From Lachnospira sp. UBA4285 (GTDB lineage Bacteria > Bacillota > Clostridia > Lachnospirales > Lachnospiraceae), in assembly GCA_002394965.1 (NCBI GenBank), contig DGVL01000088.1:1-61112 (forward strand): a stretch of DNA of 61,112 nt, read 5' to 3'. Under the pieces are notes generated by a model. That model ran no database searches. It saw nothing but the letters and a program-made list of their open reading frames with translations, and was not told where the DNA came from. A program made the position numbers and the translations under genes. Within the stretch, counting starts at the first letter, position 1; every line of letters begins with the position of its first letter. Shown here in pieces: positions 1 through 8,591 of this stretch.

Positions 1-90
1 CCCACAACCTTATTGTAGGAGGAGGAATACGGGGCGGCAGATGGTCTGCTGTCCCTGGCAAGCTGAAATACTACAGGGCGGGTTATTGCT

Positions 91-2955
91 ATGAACAATG
101 TATTATCTTCCATAAAAAGATATATAACTTTTGATAATGCCATCTACCGGCAGCCTCAGCCTATACAGGAAAATTATTACAGCCACAATCTGTATTTCTG
201 CACGGCTGCGGGAGCTCTGCTCTGCATTCTGTCATTCATCGGGATGATCGGAACGGCAGCCCCTTTTGCCGGGGGAGCGCAGGTTGGCAGTAACATCGCC
301 TTATTCGTGTATTTCCTGATTTTTGTCGTCAATTTCATATCTCTGCTGTTTATCCTGCGGGAGCGGAGGCTGCTCAAAACGGATCACCGGAGGCGCCACC
401 AGAGCTTTTTTTACTGGTTTATGGGGATCAATATGGTCCTTGCCAGTATGACATTTTATACAACACAGGCAGGAAGCAGCTTTTTCTTCGAGTACATTCT
501 TGTCACGTCGATAATCTATCTGCTGCCGAACACAGACGGGATTGTGTTTTTCCGAAACGCGGCAGTCAATATCGTGAGTATGATCCTGGTGCTGCACACG
601 ATCCCCAATCAGATCGCCTGGCAGGATCTTGTCGATCTTATCGCACTTCATATCATATGCGGTACTGTAAATGAGGCGCGCTGGAGGATGTTCCTTCAGT
701 ATGAAAATACGAAATTCTCCATTGAGCGGCGGAAAGATGAACTGTATAAAAGCAGCCGCACGGACGGACTCACCGGGCTGCTGAACCGCACCGCCCTCCG
801 AAACGATTATTCGGGGTATCTGAATCATGATCTCTGCGTAGCGCTGCTGGATGTGGACACGTTTAAGAATCTGAATGACACGTATGGCCACGATTACGGA
901 GACAGAGCATTGAAGCTGCTGGGAGATGTCATCAGAACAGCTTTTCAAGCAGAAGGCGAGCGGTGCTATCGGTACGGAGGAGATGAATTCCTGATCATTT
1001 CCACGGATCAGGACGCGGAGAGCTTCTGCCGGAAACTTCAGAGTATTCATGAAGAACATGATGGAAACATGCACCTTTCCGTGAGTATCGGATTCTGCAG
1101 AGGAATCCCGCACACCGAAGATGAACTCCGGAATCTGATCCGCATTGCGGACAGCTATCTGTATCAGGCCAAGAATAATGAAACCGAGAAAATTCTCGGC
1201 AGCATCCGCGTCCAGGATGCGAATTCTGTACAGATGATCAAAGCCAGTGCATCCGCTCTCGAGATGCTGAAAAGCACGGATGAGGTTGCCAGATCGTTCG
1301 ACCAGGCACAGCTTTCCGGAAAAGACTGGTGCATCGCATATATGAATATCAACCAGTACTCGGAGATCAATGAGGCAGCCGGCTATCGCAGGGGACATGA
1401 GGTGCTGGAGCAGATCAGCCGGATTATTCAGAAATATTTTCCGAATGCTGCGCTTGTCAACCGGGAAGTGGATCACTTTGTCCTGCTTTCCACAACACCG
1501 GAGAACGAATTCGTCATCCGAATGCGCAGTATTCAGGAAGAGACTGCCCGCATGGGAACCCAGCGCCCGGTCATCCTGCGGATCGGAGTCTATCATCATC
1601 TTGTCTCCGATTCTCCCGTTGATTTTATCACCGGGATGTTCAAGGCCAAGTATGCCTCTGACGCTGTCAGGGACGTCTCCAAAGGTGACCGGTATCTCTG
1701 CCTCTACAATGCGGAGATGGACAGAGAGAGAAACAGGATTGCATTTATCCACAGTCATTTTCAGGATGCACTCGCCGGTAACCGGATCATCCCTTATTAT
1801 CAGCCGATCATCGGCTCGATCAGCGGGAAAGTATGCGGTTTTGAAGCGCTGAGCCGATGGATGGATCCGGACAGAGGCGTGATCCCGCCAGGCGACTATA
1901 TTCCCTATCTGGAACAGATCAAAGAAGTCTACAGGCTGGATCTGTACTTTCTGGATATGGTCTGCCGGAATCTTGAGGAGAACAGAGAAAGCTTTCCGGA
2001 CAAGCTCTTTGTCAATGTCAATGTGTCCAGAACGGACTTCGAGGTGATCGACATGCCGGAGGAAATAGACAGAATTGTCACCCGGCACGGGATTCCGAAG
2101 CGGCAGATTCAGTTCGAGATTACGGAGTCGGCTTTTGCGGGGGCAAAGTCGCTGGAGTGCGCTGTAAAGGAACTTCACGCACGGGGGTACCGGGTGTGGA
2201 TGGATGACTTTGGAGTGGGGGAGTCCTCCCTCTCATCGCTCCAGAAGTATGAGGTGGAGGGGATCAAGCTGGATCAGTCGTTTTTCACCGGCTCTGCGAA
2301 CCGCAGGACTCAGATCATCATCAAGAGTATTGTCGATCTCAGCCATGAGACGGACTGCATGATGATCGCGGAAGGCGTCGAGACGCAGGATCAGCTCTGG
2401 CTGGCGAGACAGTGGGGGATCAACTACATACAGGGATTTTATTTCAGCAGACCGCTGCCGCTGGAGGAGCTGCTGAAAAAATCGTTCATGAAAGATCTTA
2501 CAAACCGAAGTATAGATGACTATTACCAAACCGTCGTGAATGTCAGCATCACCAATGACTTCAGCCATCGATATTTCTTTCACGCTGACGCTTCTCTCTG
2601 GCTTGGCAGAGCGGTCCTGGAATGGGACGGCAGCCATCTGCACTTGCTCAGGGGCAATGCGCAGATACTGCGAATAATGAGGAATTCCATGCAGATCGAC
2701 GGCACAGACTGTGTGTGCGTGGAAGACGCATCCATCACGCGCCGACTGACCGGTTGGATCAGGAAGATGTCAGAAAGCAGCCCGGAGTGCACATTCCGAT
2801 TTGAAGGGGGATCTTGCAGACTCTGCGTTCAGCTGTTCTATCTGACGAAGAATCCCGAGAGCAGCAGGACGGCCTATGTTCTGAACATAACTAATTTCAA
2901 TGTATCCGATGTAAGTCCGAAAAGGACTTCTGATAAAAATAAGGAGGAGGACTAA
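91..2955 (+). CDS. Membrane-anchored GGDEF / degenerate GGDEF / EAL c-di-GMP signalling protein with an uncharacterised ~140-aa C-terminal extension
   Basis: 954-aa ORF. The N-terminal ~200 aa are hydrophobic, with several predicted TM helices. It has an intact 'RYGGDEF' cyclase motif preceded by 'GLTGLLNR'. A second GGDEF-fold repeat has the motif replaced by 'REVDHF'. EAL domain motifs are present: 'FEALSRW', 'QFEITES', 'DDFGVGESS', 'KLDQSF', 'AEGVETQ', 'QGFYFSRP'. Confidence 0.9.
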   Translation: MNNVLSSIKRYITFDNAIYRQPQPIQENYYSHNLYFCTAAGALLCILSFIGMIGTAAPFAGGAQVGSNIALFVYFLIFVVNFISLLFILRERRLLKTDHRRRHQSFFYWFMGINMVLASMTFYTTQAGSSFFFEYILVTSIIYLLPNTDGIVFFRNAAVNIVSMILVLHTIPNQIAWQDLVDLIALHIICGTVNEARWRMFLQYENTKFSIERRKDELYKSSRTDGLTGLLNRTALRNDYSGYLNHDLCVALLDVDTFKNLNDTYGHDYGDRALKLLGDVIRTAFQAEGERCYRYGGDEFLIISTDQDAESFCRKLQSIHEEHDGNMHLSVSIGFCRGIPHTEDELRNLIRIADSYLYQAKNNETEKILGSIRVQDANSVQMIKASASALEMLKSTDEVARSFDQAQLSGKDWCIAYMNINQYSEINEAAGYRRGHEVLEQISRIIQKYFPNAALVNREVDHFVLLSTTPENEFVIRMRSIQEETARMGTQRPVILRIGVYHHLVSDSPVDFITGMFKAKYASDAVRDVSKGDRYLCLYNAEMDRERNRIAFIHSHFQDALAGNRIIPYYQPIIGSISGKVCGFEALSRWMDPDRGVIPPGDYIPYLEQIKEVYRLDLYFLDMVCRNLEENRESFPDKLFVNVNVSRTDFEVIDMPEEIDRIVTRHGIPKRQIQFEITESAFAGAKSLECAVKELHARGYRVWMDDFGVGESSLSSLQKYEVEGIKLDQSFFTGSANRRTQIIIKSIVDLSHETDCMMIAEGVETQDQLWLARQWGINYIQGFYFSRPLPLEELLKKSFMKDLTNRSIDDYYQTVVNVSITNDFSHRYFFHADASLWLGRAVLEWDGSHLHLLRGNAQILRIMRNSMQIDGTDCVCVEDASITRRLTGWIRKMSESSPECTFRFEGGSCRLCVQLFYLTKNPESSRTAYVLNITNFNVSDVSPKRTSDKNKEED

Positions 2956-2958
2956 ATC

Positions 2959-3618
2959 ATGAATCTCAAGGGCGCGAAGATCAATTTTCTGGGTGACAGC
3001 ATCACGGAACCGTATGGGACATCCGACATTGACCACGCGTACTGGAAACTGCTGGAGAAGCGCGACGGCGTCATCGCCCGCGGGTACGGCATCGGCGGGA
3101 CCAGAATCGCGAGACAGCAGGTCCCGATGCCGGAGGAACACGCGAAGTGGGACCGTTACTTTCTTTCCCGCGTGCCGGATATGGACCCGGATGCGGACGC
3201 CGTCACGGTCTTCGGCGGCACCAACGACTACGGCCACGGCGACGCGGCGATCGGGCATTTCACGGACCGCACAGACGACACGTTCTACGGCGCACTGCAC
3301 AATCTGTACCACGCGCTGATCATGAAATATCCGGGGAAACCGATCGTCATCATGACGCCGCTGCACCGCGAGAATGAGCACCGCGATTACAACGAGCTGG
3401 GGCTTCGCAGCGTGGCCTGCCTGGAAGAGTACGTCGATATCATACAGGAAGTCGCGGCGTACTACGCGCTTCCGGTTCTGGATCTGTACCGCACGAGCGG
3501 CATGAATCCGAACATCCCGGAGTTAAAGGAGCGCTACAACCCGGACGGCCTGCACCCAAACGACGCGGGGCACGAGCTGATCTACGCGAAGCTTCGGGAA
3601 CTGCTGACAAGACTGTGA
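2959..3618 (+). CDS. SGNH/GDSL-family hydrolase (esterase/deacylase)
   Basis: 219 aa. The four SGNH blocks are visible: 'FLGDSIT' (catalytic Ser), 'GIGGT', 'GGTND', 'DGLHPND'. The start lies 3 nt after the previous stop and is preceded by AAGGAGGAGGA, so it is probably co-transcribed. Confidence 0.85.
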   Translation: MNLKGAKINFLGDSITEPYGTSDIDHAYWKLLEKRDGVIARGYGIGGTRIARQQVPMPEEHAKWDRYFLSRVPDMDPDADAVTVFGGTNDYGHGDAAIGHFTDRTDDTFYGALHNLYHALIMKYPGKPIVIMTPLHRENEHRDYNELGLRSVACLEEYVDIIQEVAAYYALPVLDLYRTSGMNPNIPELKERYNPDGLHPNDAGHELIYAKLRELLTRL

Positions 3619-3645
3619 CGCATCGCGCGCGAGAGGCGCAAGAAA

Positions 3646-3689
3646 AGCGGAAGCCGGGAGAAAATCCCGGTTTCCGCTTGATTTTGCTT
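3646..3689. terminator. Bidirectional rho-independent terminator between convergent genes
   Basis: Stem GCGGAAGCCGGGA / TCCCGGTTTCCGC (13 bp with one G-U pair), loop GAAAA, followed by TTGATTTTGCTTT. An A-rich run lies on the other side. Confidence 0.7.
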
Positions 3690-3722
3690 TGTAAGGGACG
3701 CATTTCACGAAGCCGCAGGCTT

Positions 3723-5348
3723 TCAGAACTCCGGTTCCAGTATATCCCGGTGCCCGGCCATGAGATCGTGAAGTCTGCTCCACCTGGCGTAGAGTGCTTC
3801 GTACTGCGCGCCATGACCGGCGTCGGGCAGGACCTCCCGGAAGTGATGGTTCAGCGCATCTTCGATGCTGCTTCTCCCGTTGCAGACAGCTTTCTGGATC
3901 AGGACAGCCGATCCGACCGCGACGCTCTCCTTCCATTCCGGAACCAGAACCGGGCGTCTCAGGATGCTTGCGAACTGTCCGACGGCAAAGGCGTTCTTCT
4001 GCGCGATCCCGCCGCACAGGATGACCTCGTCAAACTTCGCGCCCTGTGCCTCGAAATGTTCCAGAGCCTTCCGGTAACTGCAGGCGCACCCCTGGATCAT
4101 CGCGCCATACACATCTTCCGGCTGCGTCGTGAGGGAGAATCCGGTCACGCAGCCGGTGAGCCGCGGGTCGTTTAAAATACTCCGGCTTCCGTTCCACCAG
4201 TCAAGCACCGTGAGCGGGTTGTTCCAGGGGGATTTTTCTGCCGCCAGCTCCGTCAGATATTCATGCAGGGTTTCCTGATGCGCTCTGGCGGCAGCCGCGT
4301 AGTCCGGCGGGACCTGTCTTTTTGTGAACCAGTCCAGCATATCGCCCATGCACGGACTTCCGGCATCGTAACATGCCTTTCCTGTCAGATATCCGTCCTG
4401 CACCACACCGTTGATCCCGCTCATAGCCACCAGCCGGTCCATGACAAATGAAGTGGCTACCGACGTCCCGAGAACGGATACGATCGCATGAGGATGGGCT
4501 CTGCAAAAGACAAGCCCTGTGATGTTGCCGTCGCCCATAGGCGTCGCGACCGGTGTGCCCGGGATGAGTCCGAGCTCTTCTGCGGCTTCCTCTGTCAGAA
4601 AGCCGCAGGGAGTCTCAAACTCAGAAGGAGGGAGAAAGAACTTGTCGTATAGCGCGTTTCCAAATCCGGGAGCCAGTCTGTCAAGATCTTGCCGGGACGG
4701 ATACCCGAGGTCGCGCGCCCACATGTTGTTAAAGCCCAGATAGTAGATGCTGGCGACAGGATGCCCGGTCAGGCTCCAGGCGATCCAGTCGCCGACCTCA
4801 CAGAAGCGGTCCGCTGCATCAAAGACTTCCGGCGCCTCTTCATATGTCTCAAGAAGCTTCTGGATGCCCTGTACATAGCTGCAGCTCCCGCCGTACCGCG
4901 CGAGCAAAGGGAGACCGCCGGCGTGATACAGCGCTTCGATCTGCCGGATCTGCCGCTTCGCCCCGTGATGCTTCCAGAGCTTGATGTATGCGTGCGGACA
5001 GGAATCCCACCGGGACCCGGACGGATCGTCCGGAGAGAAGAGCAGCGCATTTCCGTCACCCCGGCAGGGAAGAATGGAGGAATTGGCCGCATCGATGCCT
5101 ATCCCGGCAATGTCGCCTGGCGCCGCGCCTGCCTTGCTGATGGCACTGCGCACGGCCTGCTTCATGCAGGAGATGTAATCGCGCGGATCGGCCAGCGCGT
5201 AGCCTTCCGGCAGCGGTGTCCCGTCATCCAGCGCGCTGCTCATCACGCCGTGGGGGTATTCACAGACTTCTGAAGAAAGAACCGTGCCGTCGTCCCTGAC
5301 GAGCACGGCTCTCACCGATAATGTTCCAAAATCAAGACCGATATACAT
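3723..5348 (-). CDS. araB: FGGY-family carbohydrate kinase, ribulokinase (AraB)-like
   Basis: 541 aa. N-terminal 'MYIGLDFGTLSVRAVLV', 'IKLWKHHGA', 'LDWWNGSRS', and a C-terminal 'GGIAQKN' block that aligns by eye with E. coli AraB (LDWFNGRRTP, GGIARKN). Confidence 0.75.
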   Translation of the reverse strand: MYIGLDFGTLSVRAVLVRDDGTVLSSEVCEYPHGVMSSALDDGTPLPEGYALADPRDYISCMKQAVRSAISKAGAAPGDIAGIGIDAANSSILPCRGDGNALLFSPDDPSGSRWDSCPHAYIKLWKHHGAKRQIRQIEALYHAGGLPLLARYGGSCSYVQGIQKLLETYEEAPEVFDAADRFCEVGDWIAWSLTGHPVASIYYLGFNNMWARDLGYPSRQDLDRLAPGFGNALYDKFFLPPSEFETPCGFLTEEAAEELGLIPGTPVATPMGDGNITGLVFCRAHPHAIVSVLGTSVATSFVMDRLVAMSGINGVVQDGYLTGKACYDAGSPCMGDMLDWFTKRQVPPDYAAAARAHQETLHEYLTELAAEKSPWNNPLTVLDWWNGSRSILNDPRLTGCVTGFSLTTQPEDVYGAMIQGCACSYRKALEHFEAQGAKFDEVILCGGIAQKNAFAVGQFASILRRPVLVPEWKESVAVGSAVLIQKAVCNGRSSIEDALNHHFREVLPDAGHGAQYEALYARWSRLHDLMAGHRDILEPEF

Positions 5349-5377
5349 ACGGAATCCTCACATCCAAAGGGGTGTCC

Positions 5378-6052
5378 TCAGGTGATCGCCTTGCGAAAAC
5401 TTGCCAGCCCGTCCTCTGTCATGACGCCGTCGTGGATCAGTCCGGAGGTTCCGGCCACGAAGATATCCGCTCCGGCCTGTCGCATCCTGACGGCGTTGGT
5501 GAGACTGACATTGCCGTCGACCTCGATCTGCACGTCTTCATGCCCGGTCTCATCCAGCCATCTGCGCGTGTCCTCGATCTTACTCAGCGTGGCAGGAATA
5601 AGCTTCTGTCCGGCAAAGCCAGGATTGACCGTCATGATGAGGATACCATCCAGATCATCCAGAACATAGCGCAGAACATCGGGCGGGGTGGCGGGGTTCA
5701 ATGCGGCCATCGCCTTCGCGCCCTTCGCGCGGATGTACTGCAGCGTGCGCTGCAGATGGCGGGTCGTCTCATAGTGAACGGAGACGAAATCGCCGGGTGC
5801 AATGTCAAAGTAATCGAGCTTGCGGTCCGGACTTTCAATCATCAGATGAATGTCCATCGGGACCTTTGAGATCGACCGCAGCTGACGGATATAGTCGGTG
5901 CCGAGGCAGAAGTTCGGCACAAATTCACCGTCCATAATATCAATATGAAAGTAGGACACGCCGCTTTGCTCCATGAGGCGGACCATGTCCTTTGTGTGCG
6001 TCACGTCGACACACATCATGGAGACGGAAATCTGCGAAGCTCTTGATGCCAT
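5378..6052 (-). CDS. rpe: Ribulose-phosphate 3-epimerase family protein (Rpe/AlsE-like)
   Basis: 224 aa. Motifs 'SMMCVD', 'FHIDIMDGEFVPNF', 'MDIHLMI', 'MTVNPGFAGQK', 'IEVDGNV'. Whether it is the housekeeping rpe or a pathway-specific paralog cannot be decided from sequence alone. Confidence 0.8.
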   Translation of the reverse strand: MASRASQISVSMMCVDVTHTKDMVRLMEQSGVSYFHIDIMDGEFVPNFCLGTDYIRQLRSISKVPMDIHLMIESPDRKLDYFDIAPGDFVSVHYETTRHLQRTLQYIRAKGAKAMAALNPATPPDVLRYVLDDLDGILIMTVNPGFAGQKLIPATLSKIEDTRRWLDETGHEDVQIEVDGNVSLTNAVRMRQAGADIFVAGTSGLIHDGVMTEDGLASFRKAIT

Positions 6053-6065
6053 GCGATACCTCCTC

Positions 6066-7064
6066 TCAGTCGATCTTCAGTACAATGCGGTTGGTGAAGA
6101 CATTGCGGTCTGTCAGCATGGAGAATGCTTTGTTCACCTCGGAAAGCGGCATGATCTGGGAGATGACTAGATCCGGATGGATCGTCTTACTCTCCAGAGC
6201 GTCCACTACGGCTGCCCAGTCGTTGCTGGCCTCCCGGTATGCGGAATTCCAGGTCCCGTAAACGGTGAGTTCCTTGCGCAGAATCTGCCAGTAGTCGGCC
6301 TGGGCCAGATCCACCGCTCCGCCCGGGTTCCCCATGAGCACGACCCGCCCAAACGGCTTTACGCCTCGCAGACATCTGGCCAGCGCCTCCCCGTTACCGG
6401 TTCCTTCCAGCACGACATCTGTCTGAATGTCGTCTGTGTACTCGTAATATCCAAGCGTCTTTGCGTATTCAATTTTCTTCTTATCGATATCGAACAGATA
6501 TACTTTTGAGGCACCTGCGATGACGGCCCACTGGGCGGCCAGAAGGCCAATCGGGCCGGCACCCGAGATCAGGATGGTCTCGCCTTTCTGAATGTGCAGA
6601 CGGCTGATTGCGTGGTGCGATACGGCCATCGGCTCACTGAGCGCTGCCTGCTCCAGCGGAACGGAGTCGTCCAGCAGCACGACGTTCCAGCGCTTGACCG
6701 CCAGCTTCTGCGCGTAGCCCCCGTCTCTTCTGGAGCCGTAGTAATCATAGTGCCGGCACAGCTCGTAGAGCCCTTTTTCACACATGTCGCAGCTGCGGCA
6801 GGGAATCAGAGGAAATACGGTCGCATGCCTTCCGGTCCATTCCCCTTTGGGATCATAGGAGATCACGCCGGAAAATTCATGCCCCGGGATCGTCGGGAAG
6901 TGGTATGTGCCGCGCTTGAGCACACGTCCGACATCGCTACCGCAGATGCCGCAGTACTTCACATCCAGCATGACCTCATCCTCTTTACATTCCGGGACGG
7001 GGACTTCTTCATAGCGCAGATCTCCGATTCCGTGGAGATTGGCCGCCATCATTGTATTGCTCAT
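6066..7064 (-). CDS. Zn-dependent medium-chain dehydrogenase (polyol / polyol-phosphate dehydrogenase type)
   Basis: 332 aa. Motifs 'YCGICGSDV', 'GHEFSG', structural-zinc Cys cluster 'CRSCDMCEKGLYELC', Rossmann 'ISGAGPIGLL'. Confidence 0.85.
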   Translation of the reverse strand: MSNTMMAANLHGIGDLRYEEVPVPECKEDEVMLDVKYCGICGSDVGRVLKRGTYHFPTIPGHEFSGVISYDPKGEWTGRHATVFPLIPCRSCDMCEKGLYELCRHYDYYGSRRDGGYAQKLAVKRWNVVLLDDSVPLEQAALSEPMAVSHHAISRLHIQKGETILISGAGPIGLLAAQWAVIAGASKVYLFDIDKKKIEYAKTLGYYEYTDDIQTDVVLEGTGNGEALARCLRGVKPFGRVVLMGNPGGAVDLAQADYWQILRKELTVYGTWNSAYREASNDWAAVVDALESKTIHPDLVISQIMPLSEVNKAFSMLTDRNVFTNRIVLKID

Positions 7065-7217
7065 ATAATTTCCTTCCTGAAAGAATCTGCTCGATTCTTA
7101 CCGATGCGGGGTCTGCCCGATCTGTGTTGGAAATGTCTGTGAAAAGTCTGCTGCTGTATGTTTCATAACATTTGCCCTATTTTTTTGCAAGGATGCCGGA
7201 TAAATTTGAAAACGAGG

Positions 7218-7246
7218 TTGACAGATAATGCAAAACTGTGTTCAAT
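7218..7246 (+). promoter_or_regulatory. Candidate sigma-A promoter for the DeoR regulator gene
   Basis: TTGACA (7218-7223), 17-nt spacer, TTCAAT (7241-7246) preceded by TGTG. The -10 element is weak. Confidence 0.25.
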
Positions 7247-7298
7247 TATGAGCATAAACAATCGTGAATTATCAGAAACGGTGACAGGAGGTATATCT

Positions 7299-8069
7299 AT
7301 GTCGTCATATAATCCGAGGCAGTCAAAAATTCTGGAATACATCAGCCTGCATCCGACGGTGAGAGTCGAGGAGGTGGCGGAAAAGTTTTACATCAGTCCC
7401 AGCACAGTCCGGAGAGATTTTAATTATCTGGAGGAACTCGGCTATATCCGCCGGGTTCACGGCGGCGCGGTACTCACGGAGGGCAGTACCTTTGATGAAC
7501 CCGCCAGACTGCGCAGGATGCATCAGCTGAAGGAAAAATCGGCCATCGCAGATCTGGCTGTCCGGTTTTTAAAGCCTTCATCCAGCTACTTCTTTGATTC
7601 CAGCTCGACGAGTGCCGTTCTGGCGACCAAGCTGAACGACTTTCCGGATGTGATTCTTGCGACCAATGGGATCGGGATTCTCAGTGAGATGAGCAGTACC
7701 AGCAAGCTGACGATTCTCTCCACAGGAGGCTTTCTTCGCTCGCCGTGGAATGAGCTGACAGGGAATATGGCGCTTGAAAGTATCAATTCGATGAATGCGG
7801 ATGTTTTCTTTTTCTCCTGCGCCGGCTTCAGCCTTCAGAAAGGTGCCACCGAAATCAGCGACGCCAATGTCGGCGTGAAGCGGGCCTTTTATGAGCATTC
7901 CCAGAAACATATCCTGCTGTGTGATCATACGAAGCTGGACCATGATTACTTTTTTATATCATTTCCCATCGGGCGGCTTGACTATGTTGTCACGGATCAG
8001 AAGCCGGAGGATCCGGAATATGTGAACAGGCTGGGAGACCGGCTGATCTATCCGGGAAGCGGGAACTGA
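7299..8069 (+). CDS. DeoR-family transcriptional regulator (HTH plus DeoR C-terminal sugar-phosphate sensor)
   Basis: The ORF track starts at 7158, but AGGAGG (7286-7291) precedes the ATG at 7299 ('MSSYNPRQSKILEYI...'). HTH 'VRVEEVAEKFYISPSTVRRDFNYLEELGYIRRVHGGA'. It is divergent from the ADH-rpe-araB operon. Confidence 0.85.
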   Translation: MSSYNPRQSKILEYISLHPTVRVEEVAEKFYISPSTVRRDFNYLEELGYIRRVHGGAVLTEGSTFDEPARLRRMHQLKEKSAIADLAVRFLKPSSSYFFDSSSTSAVLATKLNDFPDVILATNGIGILSEMSSTSKLTILSTGGFLRSPWNELTGNMALESINSMNADVFFFSCAGFSLQKGATEISDANVGVKRAFYEHSQKHILLCDHTKLDHDYFFISFPIGRLDYVVTDQKPEDPEYVNRLGDRLIYPGSGN

Positions 8070-8118
8070 ATCGGCACAGGGCGCATCTTGTAAGGCCGGG
8101 GGATATAGTATGGAACGG

Positions 8119-8146
8119 GGAGCGGCATGCGGCCGCTCCTTGTTTT
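8119..8146 (+). terminator. Rho-independent terminator after the DeoR gene
   Basis: GGAGCGGC / GCCGCTCC 8-bp stem, 5-nt loop, then TTGTTTT. Confidence 0.6.
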
Positions 8147-8184
8147 AGTGAAGGCGGCTGATCTTACAGACATTTTACGTTTCT

Positions 8185-8214
8185 TTGACAACAGATTGAG
8201 AATGCTGGTATAGC
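8185..8214 (+). promoter_or_regulatory. Candidate extended -10 promoter, about 370 nt upstream of the ABC ATPase gene
   Basis: TTGACA (8185-8190), 18-nt spacer ending in TGG, TATAGC (8209-8214). Confidence 0.3.
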
Positions 8215-8591
8215 ATAAAACTGCCGTGAAAGAAACTGCTCATTATTGCTCACTATTAAATGAAAAATCGTTTCGTTTTCCAAGATGGATATCGACTTTG
8301 CTCAATATCTTGAATGAAGGATGCCGGTGTGCTAAATATAAAAACAACAAAAAACGGCGATGGAGCGCCGCGAATATCAGCTTAATGCCCTGAAATCACA
8401 TAAAATCAGGAAAATGTGACAAAAGAGACGACATGTTTGTTTGTTAAAAATCTGCTTATTTATGAACGTATTCCGGGACCGCAGAGGAAATCTCTGCTGC
8501 GGGGAAAAGGAAATGTCTCATGCGGTCACCGGATGGAAAGCGGATCGGATAAGCAGCCCCAAACAGGATACTACGGGAGGAACCGGTCAAA

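Noticed and set aside
301-2178. 625-aa ORF on the minus strand, antisense to the GGDEF/EAL gene
   Set aside because: It lies wholly inside a gene whose plus-strand product has unambiguous GGDEF and EAL motifs. Its translation is Arg/His/Pro/Asp-rich and low in complexity, with no recognisable motif. This is the usual antisense-ORF artefact of GC-rich coding DNA.
8261-8275. cre-like (CcpA) sequence TGAAAAATCGTTTCG
   Set aside because: It does not fit the TGWAANCGNTNWCA spacing. The CG core is displaced by one base and the 3' half lacks the WCA.
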